Positions 28,673-41,544 of a stretch of 64,000 nt of DNA are shown here, piece by piece. Position 1 is the first letter of the stretch. Every line of letters begins with the position of its first letter. Under the pieces are notes generated by a model, which was not told where the DNA came from, ran no database searches, and saw nothing but the letters and a program-made list of their open reading frames with translations. Both the position numbers and the translations under genes were made by a program. Origin of the DNA: Abditibacteriaceae bacterium (lineage in GTDB: Bacteria; Armatimonadota; Abditibacteriia; Abditibacteriales; Abditibacteriaceae); the NCBI GenBank assembly GCA_965277285.1, contig OZ255721.1, forward strand, positions 3,328,001 through 3,392,000, in the 5' to 3' direction.

Positions 28673-31600
28673 ATGAAAATCGAACCGTTGGTTGATGAAA
28701 TCGAGACATACGCTCAGGACATCGTGGATACGGTGCGCGAGCCGCTTTTGATGCTGGACACGACGTTACGCGTGCGCAGCGCCAACCGCGCGTTTTATCA
28801 AACCTTCCAGGTTTCGCCCGATGAAACCGAAAACCAACTCATCTACGAACTGGGCAACGGTCAATGGGACATTCCCGATTTGCGCACGCTCTTGGAAGAT
28901 GTCGTCCCCAAAAGTTCGGTTTTCAACGATTTCGAGCTGGAACACACCTTTCCCGTCATCGGGCGCCGCGTGATGTTGCTCAATGCGCGCAAGTTGCGTG
29001 CGGGCAGTCACGCCGAATTGCTGGTGCTGGCGATGGAAGACGTGACTGAGCGGCGCCGTTCGGAAGACGATCTCAAAGCCATCGAAACCTACGCGCAGAA
29101 CATCGTCGATACGGTGCGCGAACCTCTGCTCATTCTCGATACGACGTTGCGCGTGCGCAGTGGCAATCGCGCGTTTTATCAGGCGTTCCAGGTTTCGTCC
29201 GAGGAAACCGAAAACCGCCTGATTTATGAACTGGGAAATGGTCAATGGGACATTCCCGATTTGCGCACGTTGCTGGAAGACATTGTGCCCAAGAGTTCGG
29301 TGTTTAACGATTTTGAGTTGGAGCATGACTTTCCCGTGATCGGGCGGCGCGTCATGGTGCTCAACGCGCGCAAGCTGCAAGCGGGACATCATGGCGAACT
29401 TCTCGTACTCGCTATGGAAGACGTGACCGAGCGGCGTCGCGCCGAAGAAGCCTTGTTGCAGGCGGGCGCGTTGCAAAGCGCGATCTTCAACAGCGCCAAC
29501 TTTTCCAGCATTGCGACCGACGCTAAAGGCGTGATCCAGATTTTCAACGTCGGCGCGGAACGAATGCTGGGCTACACCGCAGCCGAAGTGATGAACAAAA
29601 TCACGCCCGCCGATATTTCCGATCCTCAGGAAGTCATCGCGCGCGCCGCTTCGTTGAGTACAGAATTGGCGACGCCGATTACGCCAGGCTTTGAAGCCCT
29701 CGTTTTCAAGGCGGCGCGCGGCATCGAAGACATTTATGAACTGACTTACATCCGCAAAGACGGCAGTCGTTTTCCGGCTGTGGTTTCGGTTACGGCTTTG
29801 CGCGACGCGGAAAATGCCATCATCGGCTACTTGCTGATTGGAACCGACAACACGGCGCGCAAGCAGGTCGAAGAAGAGCAGAAGAAGCTCGATCAACGCT
29901 TGCGCGATCAGCAGTTTTATACGCGTTCGCTCATCGAATCGAACATCGACGCGCTGATGACGACTGATCCGCGAGGCATCATTACCGACGTGAATAAACA
30001 AATGGAAGCCTTGACCGGTTGCACGCGCGATGAACTGATCGGCGCGCCATTCAAGAATTACTTTACCGATGCCGAACGCGCCGAAGCGGGCATCAAGCTG
30101 GTGCTAAACGAAAAGAAACTGACCGATTATGAATTGACGGTGCGCGCGCGCGATGGAAAAGAAACCGTTGTTTCCTACAATGCGACGACGTTTTACGACC
30201 GCGACCGGCAGTTGCAGGGCGTCTTTGCAGCCGCGCGCGACGTGACGGCGCAAAAGCAGGCGTCGCAGTATGCGCGCTCGCTGCTCGAAGCCTCGCCCGA
30301 TCCTCTGGTCACGATCAGTGCGCAGGGCAAAATCACCGATGTCAACGAGGCTTCGGTGCAGGCGACGGGCGTGGCGCGCGAGCAACTGATCGGCACCGAT
30401 TTTTCCGATTATTTCACGGCGCCCGATGAAGCGCGCGCCGGTTATCAAAAAGTGTTCTCGGAAGGTTTTGTGCGTGATTATCCTCTGGCGATTCGCCATA
30501 CGACGGGACGCGTGACCGATGTGCTGTATAACGCCAGCGTTTACAAAGACGACAAAGGCAACGTACTGGGCGTTTTTGCGGCGGCGCGCGATGTGACCGA
30601 GCGCAAGCGTTTCGAGCAATCGCTGCAGGAAAATAATATCGAACTGGAAAGCGCCATTGCCAGCGGCGCCAAAGCCAAGGAAGCCGCGGAAACCGCCAAC
30701 AAAACCAAGAGTTTGTTTCTGGCCAACATGAGCCACGAACTGCGCACGCCGCTTAATGCGATTCTGGGTTATTCTGAAATGCTGCACGAAGAATGCGAAG
30801 AGCGACATTTGGATGATTTCGGCGCTGATCTGGAAAAAATCAGCGCGGCGGGCAAGCATTTGTTGGCGCTTATCAACGATATTTTGGATTTGTCTAAAAT
30901 CGAAGCCGGCAAAATGGAATTGTTTTTGGAAAGTTTCGATTTGACCGCGATGATTGATGAAGTCGCCTCCACGATTCGACCTCTGGTGGAGCGAAATGCC
31001 AACGTTTTGCACATCGAACGAGCGCCAAATTTGGGAATGATGCACGCCGATCAAATCAAGGTGCGACAGGGTTTGTTTAACTTGTTGTCGAACGCCGCCA
31101 AGTTCACGCAAGACGGCAGCATCACGCTGAACGCTGAACGCCAGACAATGAATGGCCGCGAATGGATCGTCTTTCGCGTGACCGATACCGGCATTGGCCT
31201 CAGCCCCGAACAAATCGTCAAGCTGTTTCAAGATTTTACGCAGGCCGATGCTTCGACGACGCGCAAGTTTGGCGGCACGGGCTTGGGATTGGCTTTGACG
31301 CGCCGCTTCAGCCAAATGATGGGCGGCGATGTGACGGTTCACAGCGTGCCAAATGAAGGCAGCGTTTTCACTATCAAAATGCCCGCTGTCGCCAGCGATG
31401 CGAAACCTGACGAAGCCATATCGAGTACTCGAATTGAAACCGCATTGCCCGAAGACATCGCGCAAGACGGCTGCATTTTGGTGATTGATGACGATGTGAC
31501 GCAACGCGATTTGATGCAGCGTTTTCTGAACAAGGAAGGCTTTTGTGCGCGCACGGCGAGCGGCGGCGAAGAAGGCTTGCGCTTGGCGCGTCAGCTGCGT

Positions 31601-32221
31601 CCCGTGGCGATTACTTTGGACGTGATGATGCCCGATATGGACGGCTGGAGCGTGCTTTCCGCCCTGAAAGCCGACGAGACTTTGCGCGATATTCCGGTCA
31701 TCATGCTGACCATGGTGGACGATCCCGACCGCGGTTTTACGTTGGGCGCGGCGGAATATGCGACCAAGCCGATTGACCGCCAGCGATTAACGCAGATCCT
31801 CAAAAAGTACACCTGCGCCAATCCGCCGTGTCCCGTTTTGTTGGTGGAAGACGATGCGGCGACGCGCGCTATTACGCGCCACATTCTGGAAAAAGAAGGC
31901 TGGAAAGTCAGCGAAGCCGAAAATGGGCGCATCGCCTTGGAATGCATGGAGCGCGAGCGCCCGAGCCTCATTTTGCTCGATTTGATGATGCCCGAAATGG
32001 ACGGCTTCGCGTTCTCTGAGCGCGTGCGAAGCCATCCCGAATGGCGCTCGATTCCGATTGTCGTGGTCACGTCGAAAGACCTCAGCGCCGATGAGCGGCG
32101 GCGTCTCAGCGGCTCGGTCGAAACGATTCTGCATAAGGCCGGTAGTTCGCGCGAAGTCTTGCTCGATCAAGTGCGCGAACTGGTGGCTAATGTCGCAACA
32201 AAAAACAAAAGTGTGGAATAA
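28673..32221 (+). CDS. Multi-PAS hybrid sensor histidine kinase with two receiver domains
   Basis: Five PAS-like segments, FLANMSHELRTPLN, DTGIG, GGTGLGL and two REC domains. Confidence 0.95.
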   Translation: MKIEPLVDEIETYAQDIVDTVREPLLMLDTTLRVRSANRAFYQTFQVSPDETENQLIYELGNGQWDIPDLRTLLEDVVPKSSVFNDFELEHTFPVIGRRVMLLNARKLRAGSHAELLVLAMEDVTERRRSEDDLKAIETYAQNIVDTVREPLLILDTTLRVRSGNRAFYQAFQVSSEETENRLIYELGNGQWDIPDLRTLLEDIVPKSSVFNDFELEHDFPVIGRRVMVLNARKLQAGHHGELLVLAMEDVTERRRAEEALLQAGALQSAIFNSANFSSIATDAKGVIQIFNVGAERMLGYTAAEVMNKITPADISDPQEVIARAASLSTELATPITPGFEALVFKAARGIEDIYELTYIRKDGSRFPAVVSVTALRDAENAIIGYLLIGTDNTARKQVEEEQKKLDQRLRDQQFYTRSLIESNIDALMTTDPRGIITDVNKQMEALTGCTRDELIGAPFKNYFTDAERAEAGIKLVLNEKKLTDYELTVRARDGKETVVSYNATTFYDRDRQLQGVFAAARDVTAQKQASQYARSLLEASPDPLVTISAQGKITDVNEASVQATGVAREQLIGTDFSDYFTAPDEARAGYQKVFSEGFVRDYPLAIRHTTGRVTDVLYNASVYKDDKGNVLGVFAAARDVTERKRFEQSLQENNIELESAIASGAKAKEAAETANKTKSLFLANMSHELRTPLNAILGYSEMLHEECEERHLDDFGADLEKISAAGKHLLALINDILDLSKIEAGKMELFLESFDLTAMIDEVASTIRPLVERNANVLHIERAPNLGMMHADQIKVRQGLFNLLSNAAKFTQDGSITLNAERQTMNGREWIVFRVTDTGIGLSPEQIVKLFQDFTQADASTTRKFGGTGLGLALTRRFSQMMGGDVTVHSVPNEGSVFTIKMPAVASDAKPDEAISSTRIETALPEDIAQDGCILVIDDDVTQRDLMQRFLNKEGFCARTASGGEEGLRLARQLRPVAITLDVMMPDMDGWSVLSALKADETLRDIPVIMLTMVDDPDRGFTLGAAEYATKPIDRQRLTQILKKYTCANPPCPVLLVEDDAATRAITRHILEKEGWKVSEAENGRIALECMERERPSLILLDLMMPEMDGFAFSERVRSHPEWRSIPIVVVTSKDLSADERRRLSGSVETILHKAGSSREVLLDQVRELVANVATKNKSVE
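28700..29436 (+). repeat. Internal tandem duplication of a PAS module (381-bp period)
   Basis: IETYAQ(D/N)IVDTVREPLL...LAMEDVTERRR occurs twice with high nucleotide identity. Confidence 0.9.
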
Positions 32222-32276
32222 ACACGCAAAGTTTGCATCCGACATCGAGTACTCGATCCACCTACAACAGTTCATT

Positions 32277-32675
32277 ATGCCCAAGATTTTATTAGTGGAA
32301 GACAACGAGATGAACCGCGATATGCTGTCGCGCCGCCTGATGCGCAAAGGCTTCCAAGTCGTGCTCGCAGTCGATGGCCAAAGCGGTGTCGAGATGGCGC
32401 AAAGCGAATCGCCCGATCTGGTTTTGATGGATATGAGCCTGCCCATTCTCGATGGCTGGGAAGCGACGCGCCGCTTGAAAGCCGATGCCGTCACGCAGCA
32501 CATTCCTGTTATCGCGTTGACGGCGCACGCCATGTCGAGCGACCGTGAAAAAGCCCTTGAAGCCGGCTGCGACGATTACGACACCAAGCCCGTCGAACTG
32601 CCGCGCTTGCTGGGCAAAATCGATGCGCTGCTGAATGGAAACAGCTTAAATCCCGCCGGAGAACAATCGCTGTGA
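32277..32675 (+). CDS. Single-domain response regulator (DivK-like)
   Basis: ILLVEDNEMN, LMDMSLP and ALTAHAM. Confidence 0.92.
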   Translation: MPKILLVEDNEMNRDMLSRRLMRKGFQVVLAVDGQSGVEMAQSESPDLVLMDMSLPILDGWEATRRLKADAVTQHIPVIALTAHAMSSDREKALEAGCDDYDTKPVELPRLLGKIDALLNGNSLNPAGEQSL

Positions 32676-34108
32676 TTGAACCACAACATCCTCTACCTGC
32701 GGCCTTGATTCACGACTTGCGCACGCCGCTTAACCAAATTATTGGTTATTCTGAAATGCTGACTGAGCAGGCGCAGGAAACAAATCAAGACGATTTCGTG
32801 GCCGATTTAGAAAAGGTGCATGCAGCGGGACAGCAACTTTTATCGCTCATCAACAATAACTTTCGTTCGCTTCAAGCGCCGGAAGTTAGGGCGCCGACTG
32901 CTTCGTCAAACGAACAAAAGCCAACATTCCAAACGCCAATCGAGTACTCGATTGCTGAAGAAACCGCCCCGTTATCGCAAGGTTTTCTGCTCGTTGTAGA
33001 CGACATCGAAGCCAACCGCGACGTGCTTTCGCGCCGCTTGCAACGCCAGGGTTATGATGTGGCGACAGCCGAAAACGGTGTTCAGGCGCTGGAAAAGTTG
33101 CGCGCGCAATCGTTCGATTTGGTGTTGCTCGACATTATGATGCCGGAAATGGACGGCTACGAAACCTTGCAGTCCCTCAAGGCGGACGAAGCGTTGCGCT
33201 CCATTCCGGTGATTATGATTTCGGCTTTGAGCGAACTTGATGCGGTGGTGCGCTGCATTGAAATGGGCGCCGAAGATTACTTGCCCAAGCCGTTCAACCC
33301 GATTTTGCTCAAAGCGCGCATTGGAGCATCGCTCGAGAAAAAGCGCGCGCACGACCGTGAAATGCTTCTCTTCGAGCAGTTGCAAGACAACTACAAGCGC
33401 TTGCAGGATCTCGAAAAGCTGCGCGACGATTTGACGCACATGATCATCCACGACCTGCGCACGCCTTTGACTTCGGTCATCATGGGTATGCAAACGCTGG
33501 AAATGGTCGGCGACTTGAACGGCGAGCAGCGCGAAATGACGGCCATCGCGCTGACTGGCGGCGAAACTTTGCTGGGCATGATCAACGATTTGCTGGACGT
33601 TGAAAAACTCGAATCCGGCGCCATGCAACTCGATCTGTCTTCGTTTGATGTCATGGAACTCGTCACCTCCGCGATTGCTCAAGTCGCACCATTAGTCGAA
33701 AGCAAAAACTTGATGCTGCTTCGTCAGGTCGCCGCCGATTTGCCACCGTTGCGCGCTGATGCAAACAAGCTGCGCCGCGTTCTGGTGAATCTGTTGGGCA
33801 ACGCCATCAAGTTCACGTCGGAGAACGGCACGGTGACCATTGAAGCGCATCAAAGCGAAATCGAGTACTCGATGGTGTTTTCCGTCCGCGATACGGGCGA
33901 AGGCATTCCGCCGGAATCGTTCGGTCGCATCTTCGAGAAGTTCGGCCAGGTCGAATCGCGTCAAAGTGGGCGCGTGATGAGCACAGGTTTGGGCCTGACG
34001 TTTTGCAAATTGGCCGTCGAAGCGCACGGCGGGAAAATCAGCGTCGAAAGCCAAGTCGGGCACGGCAGCACGTTTTCTTTTGATGTTCCGCTGACAACAG
34101 CGAATTAG
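32672..34108 (+). CDS. Hybrid HisKA-receiver-histidine kinase
   Basis: HDLRTPL occurs twice, with a REC domain and HATPase boxes. Confidence 0.92.
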   Translation: MIEPQHPLPAALIHDLRTPLNQIIGYSEMLTEQAQETNQDDFVADLEKVHAAGQQLLSLINNNFRSLQAPEVRAPTASSNEQKPTFQTPIEYSIAEETAPLSQGFLLVVDDIEANRDVLSRRLQRQGYDVATAENGVQALEKLRAQSFDLVLLDIMMPEMDGYETLQSLKADEALRSIPVIMISALSELDAVVRCIEMGAEDYLPKPFNPILLKARIGASLEKKRAHDREMLLFEQLQDNYKRLQDLEKLRDDLTHMIIHDLRTPLTSVIMGMQTLEMVGDLNGEQREMTAIALTGGETLLGMINDLLDVEKLESGAMQLDLSSFDVMELVTSAIAQVAPLVESKNLMLLRQVAADLPPLRADANKLRRVLVNLLGNAIKFTSENGTVTIEAHQSEIEYSMVFSVRDTGEGIPPESFGRIFEKFGQVESRQSGRVMSTGLGLTFCKLAVEAHGGKISVESQVGHGSTFSFDVPLTTAN

Positions 34109-34137
34109 AAAAGCAGTGCAGTATTGATAATCAATTA

Positions 34138-34791
34138 TCAAGTACGCGATTGTGTTCCGAGCAAACGCTTGGCTTCTGCATAATCGGTTTTTGCTTCATC
34201 TGTTCTGCCCACCTTTTTGAAAAGTTTTCCACGCCAGATAAACGAATCGGCGTCGCTGGCATCGAGTTGAAGACTTCGCGTGAAATCCTGTATCGCGTCC
34301 TCAAACTTTTCTAAGTTGGCGTAAGAAACTCCGCGATTGTAAAAAGCGTGAGCGTATTGCGGGTCAAGCTCAAGAGCAATCGAGTACTCGATGATCGCTT
34401 GCTCATCATTTCCTAACTTACTAAGTAAATCACCGCGATTGTAAAATGCTTTCGTGTCGCTTGGTGATAGTCGAATCGCTTCGGCGTAATCCGCCAGAGC
34501 TTTGTCGTGTTGACCAAGATCTGCATAAGCCAAACCACGATTGTTGAAAGTGTCGGCATCCTTGGGATTTCGTTGAATGGCTTCTGTATAATCGGAAATG
34601 GCGAGATCGAGATTTCCTAATATCTGGTGCGCCAAACCTCTGTCGTAAAGAGTAACCGCACTATAAGGAAGCAGTCTTAACACTTCATCATACCTGACGA
34701 TGGCGGCGACAAAATCTTCCGCAGCAATCAGTTCATCAGCTTCTTGATAAATCTGCTCCGCACGCGCAAAAGGGTCTTTAAGTTCATCCAT
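34138..34791 (-). CDS. Tetratricopeptide repeat protein
   Basis: Repeated (Y/F)xNRG...A..DY..AI 34-aa units. Confidence 0.9.
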   Translation of the reverse strand: MDELKDPFARAEQIYQEADELIAAEDFVAAIVRYDEVLRLLPYSAVTLYDRGLAHQILGNLDLAISDYTEAIQRNPKDADTFNNRGLAYADLGQHDKALADYAEAIRLSPSDTKAFYNRGDLLSKLGNDEQAIIEYSIALELDPQYAHAFYNRGVSYANLEKFEDAIQDFTRSLQLDASDADSFIWRGKLFKKVGRTDEAKTDYAEAKRLLGTQSRT

Positions 34792-34832
34792 ATCAATAAT
34801 CACCACACACGTTGCGACATCAATTCGAGTAC

Positions 34833-36380
34833 TCAATTCGGCAGGCGAACTGTAACTGTTGTGCCTGCACCAACTTCGCTTTCAATCTCTAAAGTTCCGC
34901 CGTGCGCGAGGGCGATTCTTCGACAAATCGCCAAACCTAAGCCGCTGCCGGTTTCACTGGAGTTGCGTTCGCGGCCTTCTTCGACGCGATAAAAGCGCTG
35001 TCCCAATTTCGGCAAATGTTCGGGCGCGATGCCGCGTCCTTCGTCGCGCACTTGCAAAACGGTTTCGTTGCTTTCTTCGCAGGCGCGTAATATCGTCGTG
35101 CTGTCTGCGGGCGAATAGCGCGCGGCGTTCGCCAGCAGGTTGATGAGCAATTGTTCCAGCAAATCTTCGTCGCCGCACATCGTTAAAGACGCTTCGCAAT
35201 CGAGTTGAAGTTGGACACCGCGATTATCGAACAAAGGTCGCACGGCGCTCATGGCGCGCTCGCAAACCGACGCTGCCTTGATTCGCGTATTGAAGCGAGA
35301 CAAAGCATCGTCGCTCGCCGCGTTGCCGATGGTTTTGGTTGAAATCGCGCTTGGCGAAGTCGCGGCTTCCAAACGCGCGAGCTTCAACAAATCGCCGACG
35401 AGACGAATCAAGCGGTCGCTTTGCGTGACGATGGTTTCGGCGAAGCGCGGCGCCATCTTTTCGCTTTTCCAGGCGCCGTCGCGCAAGGTTTCGGCGCTGC
35501 CTTTAATGGCCGTCAAAGGTGTGCGCAGTTCGTGCGAAACATCGGCGAGAAAGGCGCGGCGTTCCAGGTCAACGGCCTCGATTTTTTCGGCCATCGCGTT
35601 AAATTCGCGCATCAAGGCATCGAGTTCGTCGCCGCGCCCCAGAAAGCGGCGGTGCATCAGAACGCGGCTGCCCAGATCGCCTTCGGCCAGGCGGCGCGTC
35701 GCGGTTTCCAAACGCCGGATGGGAAGCGCCAATCGTTGCGCCAGAGCGAACGACAGCGCGATAACGAACAGCAAAATCGCGGCGATGAAGATGATGAAGT
35801 TGCGTGCCAAACCGGAAACCGTGCGCGTCCACACCAGAATCGGTGACGAGGCGACGATGCAGCCGACGACCTGGCCATCGGGACGCATGCGAACCGGCAT
35901 CGCCAGCGTCATGGCCGAGGAAGAATCGCGCCATGAGCCTTTCATGTTCCAATTGGTTTCGCCCTGCATGGCGGCTTTTACTTCGGGGCGCGTGCTCCAA
36001 GTGATATTGCTATCGAAATCGCTGGTAGGCGTATTGTTATCGTTGGTTCGAGTACTCGAATCGGCGATGCCGGTATCGGCCAGCACTTGCAAGTCGCGCG
36101 ACATAACAATCAAGCGAACGCCGTTTTCGTGTGATGTCTGGCGCAATTGCTTTTGCAAATCGAGCAAGTCGTGCTGCGTTACGTAAACATCGAAGCCATC
36201 GTCGTTGATCTTGCTTTGCATCAAGCGACTGGCCGCCGCCACGTTGTGCAAAAGACGGTTGCGCAACTGTTCCGAGACGTAAGGAACCGCCAGTTGCCGA
36301 AACAAGCTCAGCAACAGCAAAACGGTCAGCGCGACCAAGCCGAGATGGGAAAAGAAAAGTGTGCGTCGAAAACCACGCAT
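34833..36380 (-). CDS. Membrane-bound HAMP sensor histidine kinase
   Basis: Two TM segments, HAMP, SHELRTPL, DEGRGI and GSGLGL. Confidence 0.93.
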   Translation of the reverse strand: MRGFRRTLFFSHLGLVALTVLLLLSLFRQLAVPYVSEQLRNRLLHNVAAASRLMQSKINDDGFDVYVTQHDLLDLQKQLRQTSHENGVRLIVMSRDLQVLADTGIADSSTRTNDNNTPTSDFDSNITWSTRPEVKAAMQGETNWNMKGSWRDSSSAMTLAMPVRMRPDGQVVGCIVASSPILVWTRTVSGLARNFIIFIAAILLFVIALSFALAQRLALPIRRLETATRRLAEGDLGSRVLMHRRFLGRGDELDALMREFNAMAEKIEAVDLERRAFLADVSHELRTPLTAIKGSAETLRDGAWKSEKMAPRFAETIVTQSDRLIRLVGDLLKLARLEAATSPSAISTKTIGNAASDDALSRFNTRIKAASVCERAMSAVRPLFDNRGVQLQLDCEASLTMCGDEDLLEQLLINLLANAARYSPADSTTILRACEESNETVLQVRDEGRGIAPEHLPKLGQRFYRVEEGRERNSSETGSGLGLAICRRIALAHGGTLEIESEVGAGTTVTVRLPN

Positions 36381-36394
36381 GATTGAAATTGAAT

Positions 36395-36502
36395 AGGAGG
36401 CAGCGGCAGAAAGCAGGAGGCAGTTCGAGTACTCGAAATCCAAACTGTGTCGTTGGAATGTTCTGCGCCCAAACTGCCTCCTGTTTTCTGCCGCTGCCTC
36501 CT
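36395..36502. repeat. GGCAG-rich inverted-repeat element carrying the palindrome
   Basis: AGGAGGCAGCGGCAGAAAGCAGGAGGCAGTT pairs with AACTGCCTCCTGTTTTCTGCCGCTGCCTCCT; related to 15834-15996. Confidence 0.8.
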
Positions 36503-36505
36503 GTT

Positions 36506-37207
36506 TTATCCTTCGCTTTTAATGCGATAACCGTAGCCGCGCGCCGTTTCGATGACGCCTTCGCCCAGCTTTTCGCGCAAACGATAAATATAGACATCCA
36601 ACTGCCGCGCGTCGCCGTAAAAATCGCCCGCCCACACGACATCAAGAATCCGGTCGCGCGACAAAGCGGCGCCGCGCGCTTTCATCAGCAATTCCAAAAT
36701 TGCGTATTCCTTGGGATTGATCGGCATTTCTTCGCCGCCTTTGGTGACGATGCGGCGCGCCGTATCCAAAACCACGTCGCCGCACTTGAACAAGCCGGTT
36801 TGCGGATTGGTCGGCGCCTCACCGCCGCTTTCATTTCTGCGACGCAAAACGGCACCGACGCGCGCCACCAGTTCGCGTGGCGAAAACGGCTTGGTCACGT
36901 AATCGTCGGCGCCCAATTCCAAGCCGACAACTTTATCGACTTCATCGTCGCGCGCCGTCAGCATGATAATCGGCACGCGCCGCGTCGCTTCCTTGGCGCG
37001 CAACGCTTTGCACACTTCAAAACCGCTCAGGTCGGGCAGCATCAAATCGAGCACGACCAAATCCGGCGTTTCTTCGGCTGCACTTTTGAGCGCGCCTTTG
37101 CCGGTCGCTTCGACACGCGCGCGATAACCGGCCTGCTCCAAATTGTAAGACACGAAATCGGTAATACCCGCTTCATCATCCACCACTAAAACCAGTTCAT
37201 TGCTCAT
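36506..37207 (-). CDS. OmpR/PhoB-family response regulator
   Basis: REC domain, GADDYVTKPFSPREL and winged-helix IETARGYGY. Confidence 0.95.
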   Translation of the reverse strand: MSNELVLVVDDEAGITDFVSYNLEQAGYRARVEATGKGALKSAAEETPDLVVLDLMLPDLSGFEVCKALRAKEATRRVPIIMLTARDDEVDKVVGLELGADDYVTKPFSPRELVARVGAVLRRRNESGGEAPTNPQTGLFKCGDVVLDTARRIVTKGGEEMPINPKEYAILELLMKARGAALSRDRILDVVWAGDFYGDARQLDVYIYRLREKLGEGVIETARGYGYRIKSEG

Positions 37208-37217
37208 CTCGATTCTC

Positions 37218-38351
37218 CTATTTAAGTTTCCAGATACAAACAAGGCCAAGGTTAGAGCCGCTTGTTAAGGTTTTGTTATCAGGCGAAAAAATTAAATCCG
37301 TTAAGCCTCCGCTATAGTTGGGAATAGAGAGAACCCGAGTTTTGCTTTGTGTGTTCCAAATTTCTATGCCGCATGTAGCCAATAACCGTCCGTCTGGTGA
37401 AAGACCTAGGCAATACATTTGAGCAAGAGGAAACGCCCAAACACTTGACTTACCAGTAGACAAGTTCAAGAAAGTCAGTTGGGCCTTGTTGTTATACCCT
37501 TCTACTGCCAGTAGCATTTTTTGAGCAGAAAAGGCGGAGTGACGTTCAGCAGGCATCGTTTTCCAGATTTTGCCTGTTCTCACATTCCATACGTCGAGAC
37601 GATTAGGACCGATACTGACGAGAAAACGAGCATCGCGGCTAAATACCAATTTTGTTGTGCCGCCACTGGTACTCGAGTGGCCCCGCCATACCCTGAGGCG
37701 CCTTCCTGTGCGAGCATTCCACAGCTTGACAGCAAAGGTGCGGGAGTAATTCGCTTCCGTGTTTGCTCTGGTTGTGTCTTGAGGCGGGAACCACTTCACA
37801 TTGGGGTCTTCTCCGCAAGTAGCGACATATCTTCCGTTTGAAGAAATCGCTGTTGGTCCAAAAACACCTGGAAAGCCTTCTCCTTTACTGGAGTTATCGG
37901 TAAAGATTCGTTTCAAGCGGTAAGTTTTGGCATCATAGAGAAAGGCTCCTGCTGAGATAAATCGTCCGTCATCCGAATACACGGCAGTGGTTCCTGGCAG
38001 CGATTTCAGCAAACTCCAACTATGAGTATCATAAAAGTCCACTCTATCTTCGCTGCTGACATTATCTTCGCCACTGACTGCCAGAACTTTGCGGTCAGGC
38101 GAATAACTGATCTTCCGAATGTGTTGAGAAACCGGCAAAGTTTTGATGAGATCTGGCAACTGATTAGAGCTTGGTGGAGCAGTCTTCTCCTGAGGTTTTG
38201 GTGCGACAACGTTCTTGTCTGGCTTGGATAAGGCAACGCTCTTCGGAGGATTTTTATCATGAGGCCACAAGCGCATCAATAGCAGCGCAAGGGCAGCAAC
38301 AGAAAACAACTGAATAATCGTCGTAAGCCAGGAGAAGTTGTTTTGACGCAT
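37218..38351 (-). CDS. WD40/beta-propeller repeat protein with an N-terminal membrane anchor
   Basis: YSPD, VKLWN, LSPDGRLLAT and FSPDNKTL repeats; AT-richer than flanks. Confidence 0.8.
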   Translation of the reverse strand: MRQNNFSWLTTIIQLFSVAALALLLMRLWPHDKNPPKSVALSKPDKNVVAPKPQEKTAPPSSNQLPDLIKTLPVSQHIRKISYSPDRKVLAVSGEDNVSSEDRVDFYDTHSWSLLKSLPGTTAVYSDDGRFISAGAFLYDAKTYRLKRIFTDNSSKGEGFPGVFGPTAISSNGRYVATCGEDPNVKWFPPQDTTRANTEANYSRTFAVKLWNARTGRRLRVWRGHSSTSGGTTKLVFSRDARFLVSIGPNRLDVWNVRTGKIWKTMPAERHSAFSAQKMLLAVEGYNNKAQLTFLNLSTGKSSVWAFPLAQMYCLGLSPDGRLLATCGIEIWNTQSKTRVLSIPNYSGGLTDLIFSPDNKTLTSGSNLGLVCIWKLK

Positions 38352-38472
38352 TCTATCCCTCCAAATAAGTCTTCATACACGTTGTTTATCAACAGCATCA
38401 GAATCTTATATTGAAGACGTCTGCAAATCTGGTGGAATTGGTCTCGCGCGCGTACGCGTATCTATATTATAT

Positions 38473-38502
38473 GTTGTTTCACTGGAGCCAATGAAGTATA
38501 AT
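38473..38502 (+). promoter_or_regulatory. Candidate sigma-70 promoter for gyrB
   Basis: TTGTTT-N18-TATAAT about 140 bp upstream of gyrB. Confidence 0.4.
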
Positions 38503-38538
38503 TTACGTGTGACTTCGCATCTTTCCCACAGCATTTGA

Positions 38539-40761
<2,223 letters not shown>

Positions 40762-40762
40762 G

Positions 40763-40838
40763 AAGTTCTCAATTTTGAGTTCTTAGTTTTGAGTTGAGGC
40801 ACTGTTAATTCAAAACTAAGAACTCAAAATTGAGAATT
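40763..40838. repeat. Inverted repeat built from 7-bp (TTTTGAG-like) units downstream of gyrB
   Basis: TTCTCAATTTTGAGTTCTTAGTTTTGA pairs with TCAAAACTAAGAACTCAAAATTGAGAA; the right arm recurs at 41579-41610. Confidence 0.8.
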
Positions 40839-40850
40839 GCCGGAGGCGAC

Positions 40851-41129
40851 ATGAACGCTTACAAAACCGAAGTGGTGCTGAACGAGGCCGGGCAGTTGTC
40901 GCTGCAAGGTCTGCCTTTCGTCGCTGGTGACACTGTGGAAGTTATCGTGCTGGAATTGGCGAAAAATGGTCATATCGAGTACTTGAATGGCGGCGATGTG
41001 CAAGACGATGTTCTCGATCATATCTTGGACGAAGTTGATGCGTTGCCGCCAATTGACGGCGCGCCGACCGATTGGGCTGAGAACTTCGACGCTTATCGTT
41101 TCGGCTTGAAAAAGGCGGACGATGCTTAG
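40851..41129 (+). CDS. Putative antitoxin (VapB-like partner)
   Basis: Small acidic ORF overlapping the PIN gene; GGAGG RBS. Confidence 0.65.
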   Translation: MNAYKTEVVLNEAGQLSLQGLPFVAGDTVEVIVLELAKNGHIEYLNGGDVQDDVLDHILDEVDALPPIDGAPTDWAENFDAYRFGLKKADDA

Positions 41130-41544
41130 TTCTGCGGCCATTTTCGTGGACACAGGTTTTTGGATCGCGTTTTTTCATCAAAGAGATGTTCTTCATGGCA
41201 AGGCGCGTTCGCTTTTCAACGACATCAACAATCGCCGTGGACGCTTGCTTTGCACGTCAGCAGTTTTGATTGAGACGTTGGACGGCTTGGCATCGCATGG
41301 CGCGCGTCATCAGGGCGCGACACTGCGGCGCATGGTCGAGCAATCGCGGAGATTAGAAGTTGTGACAATTGACGAAGCGTTGTTTGGCCGCGGCTGGGAT
41401 TTGTACGCGTCGCGTTCAGACAAAAGCTGGAGCCTGACCGATTGCCTGAGTTTTGTGGTCATGCAAGAACGCGGTTGCAGCGAAGCACCCGCACACGACC
41501 ATCATTTCGAGCAAGCCGGTTTTCGTGCTTTGCTGCGCGATTGA
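41122..41544 (+). CDS. PIN-domain (VapC-like) toxin
   Basis: IFVDTGFWIA, VLIE, SLTDCLSF and DHHFEQAGF. Confidence 0.9.
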   Translation: MLSSAAIFVDTGFWIAFFHQRDVLHGKARSLFNDINNRRGRLLCTSAVLIETLDGLASHGARHQGATLRRMVEQSRRLEVVTIDEALFGRGWDLYASRSDKSWSLTDCLSFVVMQERGCSEAPAHDHHFEQAGFRALLRD

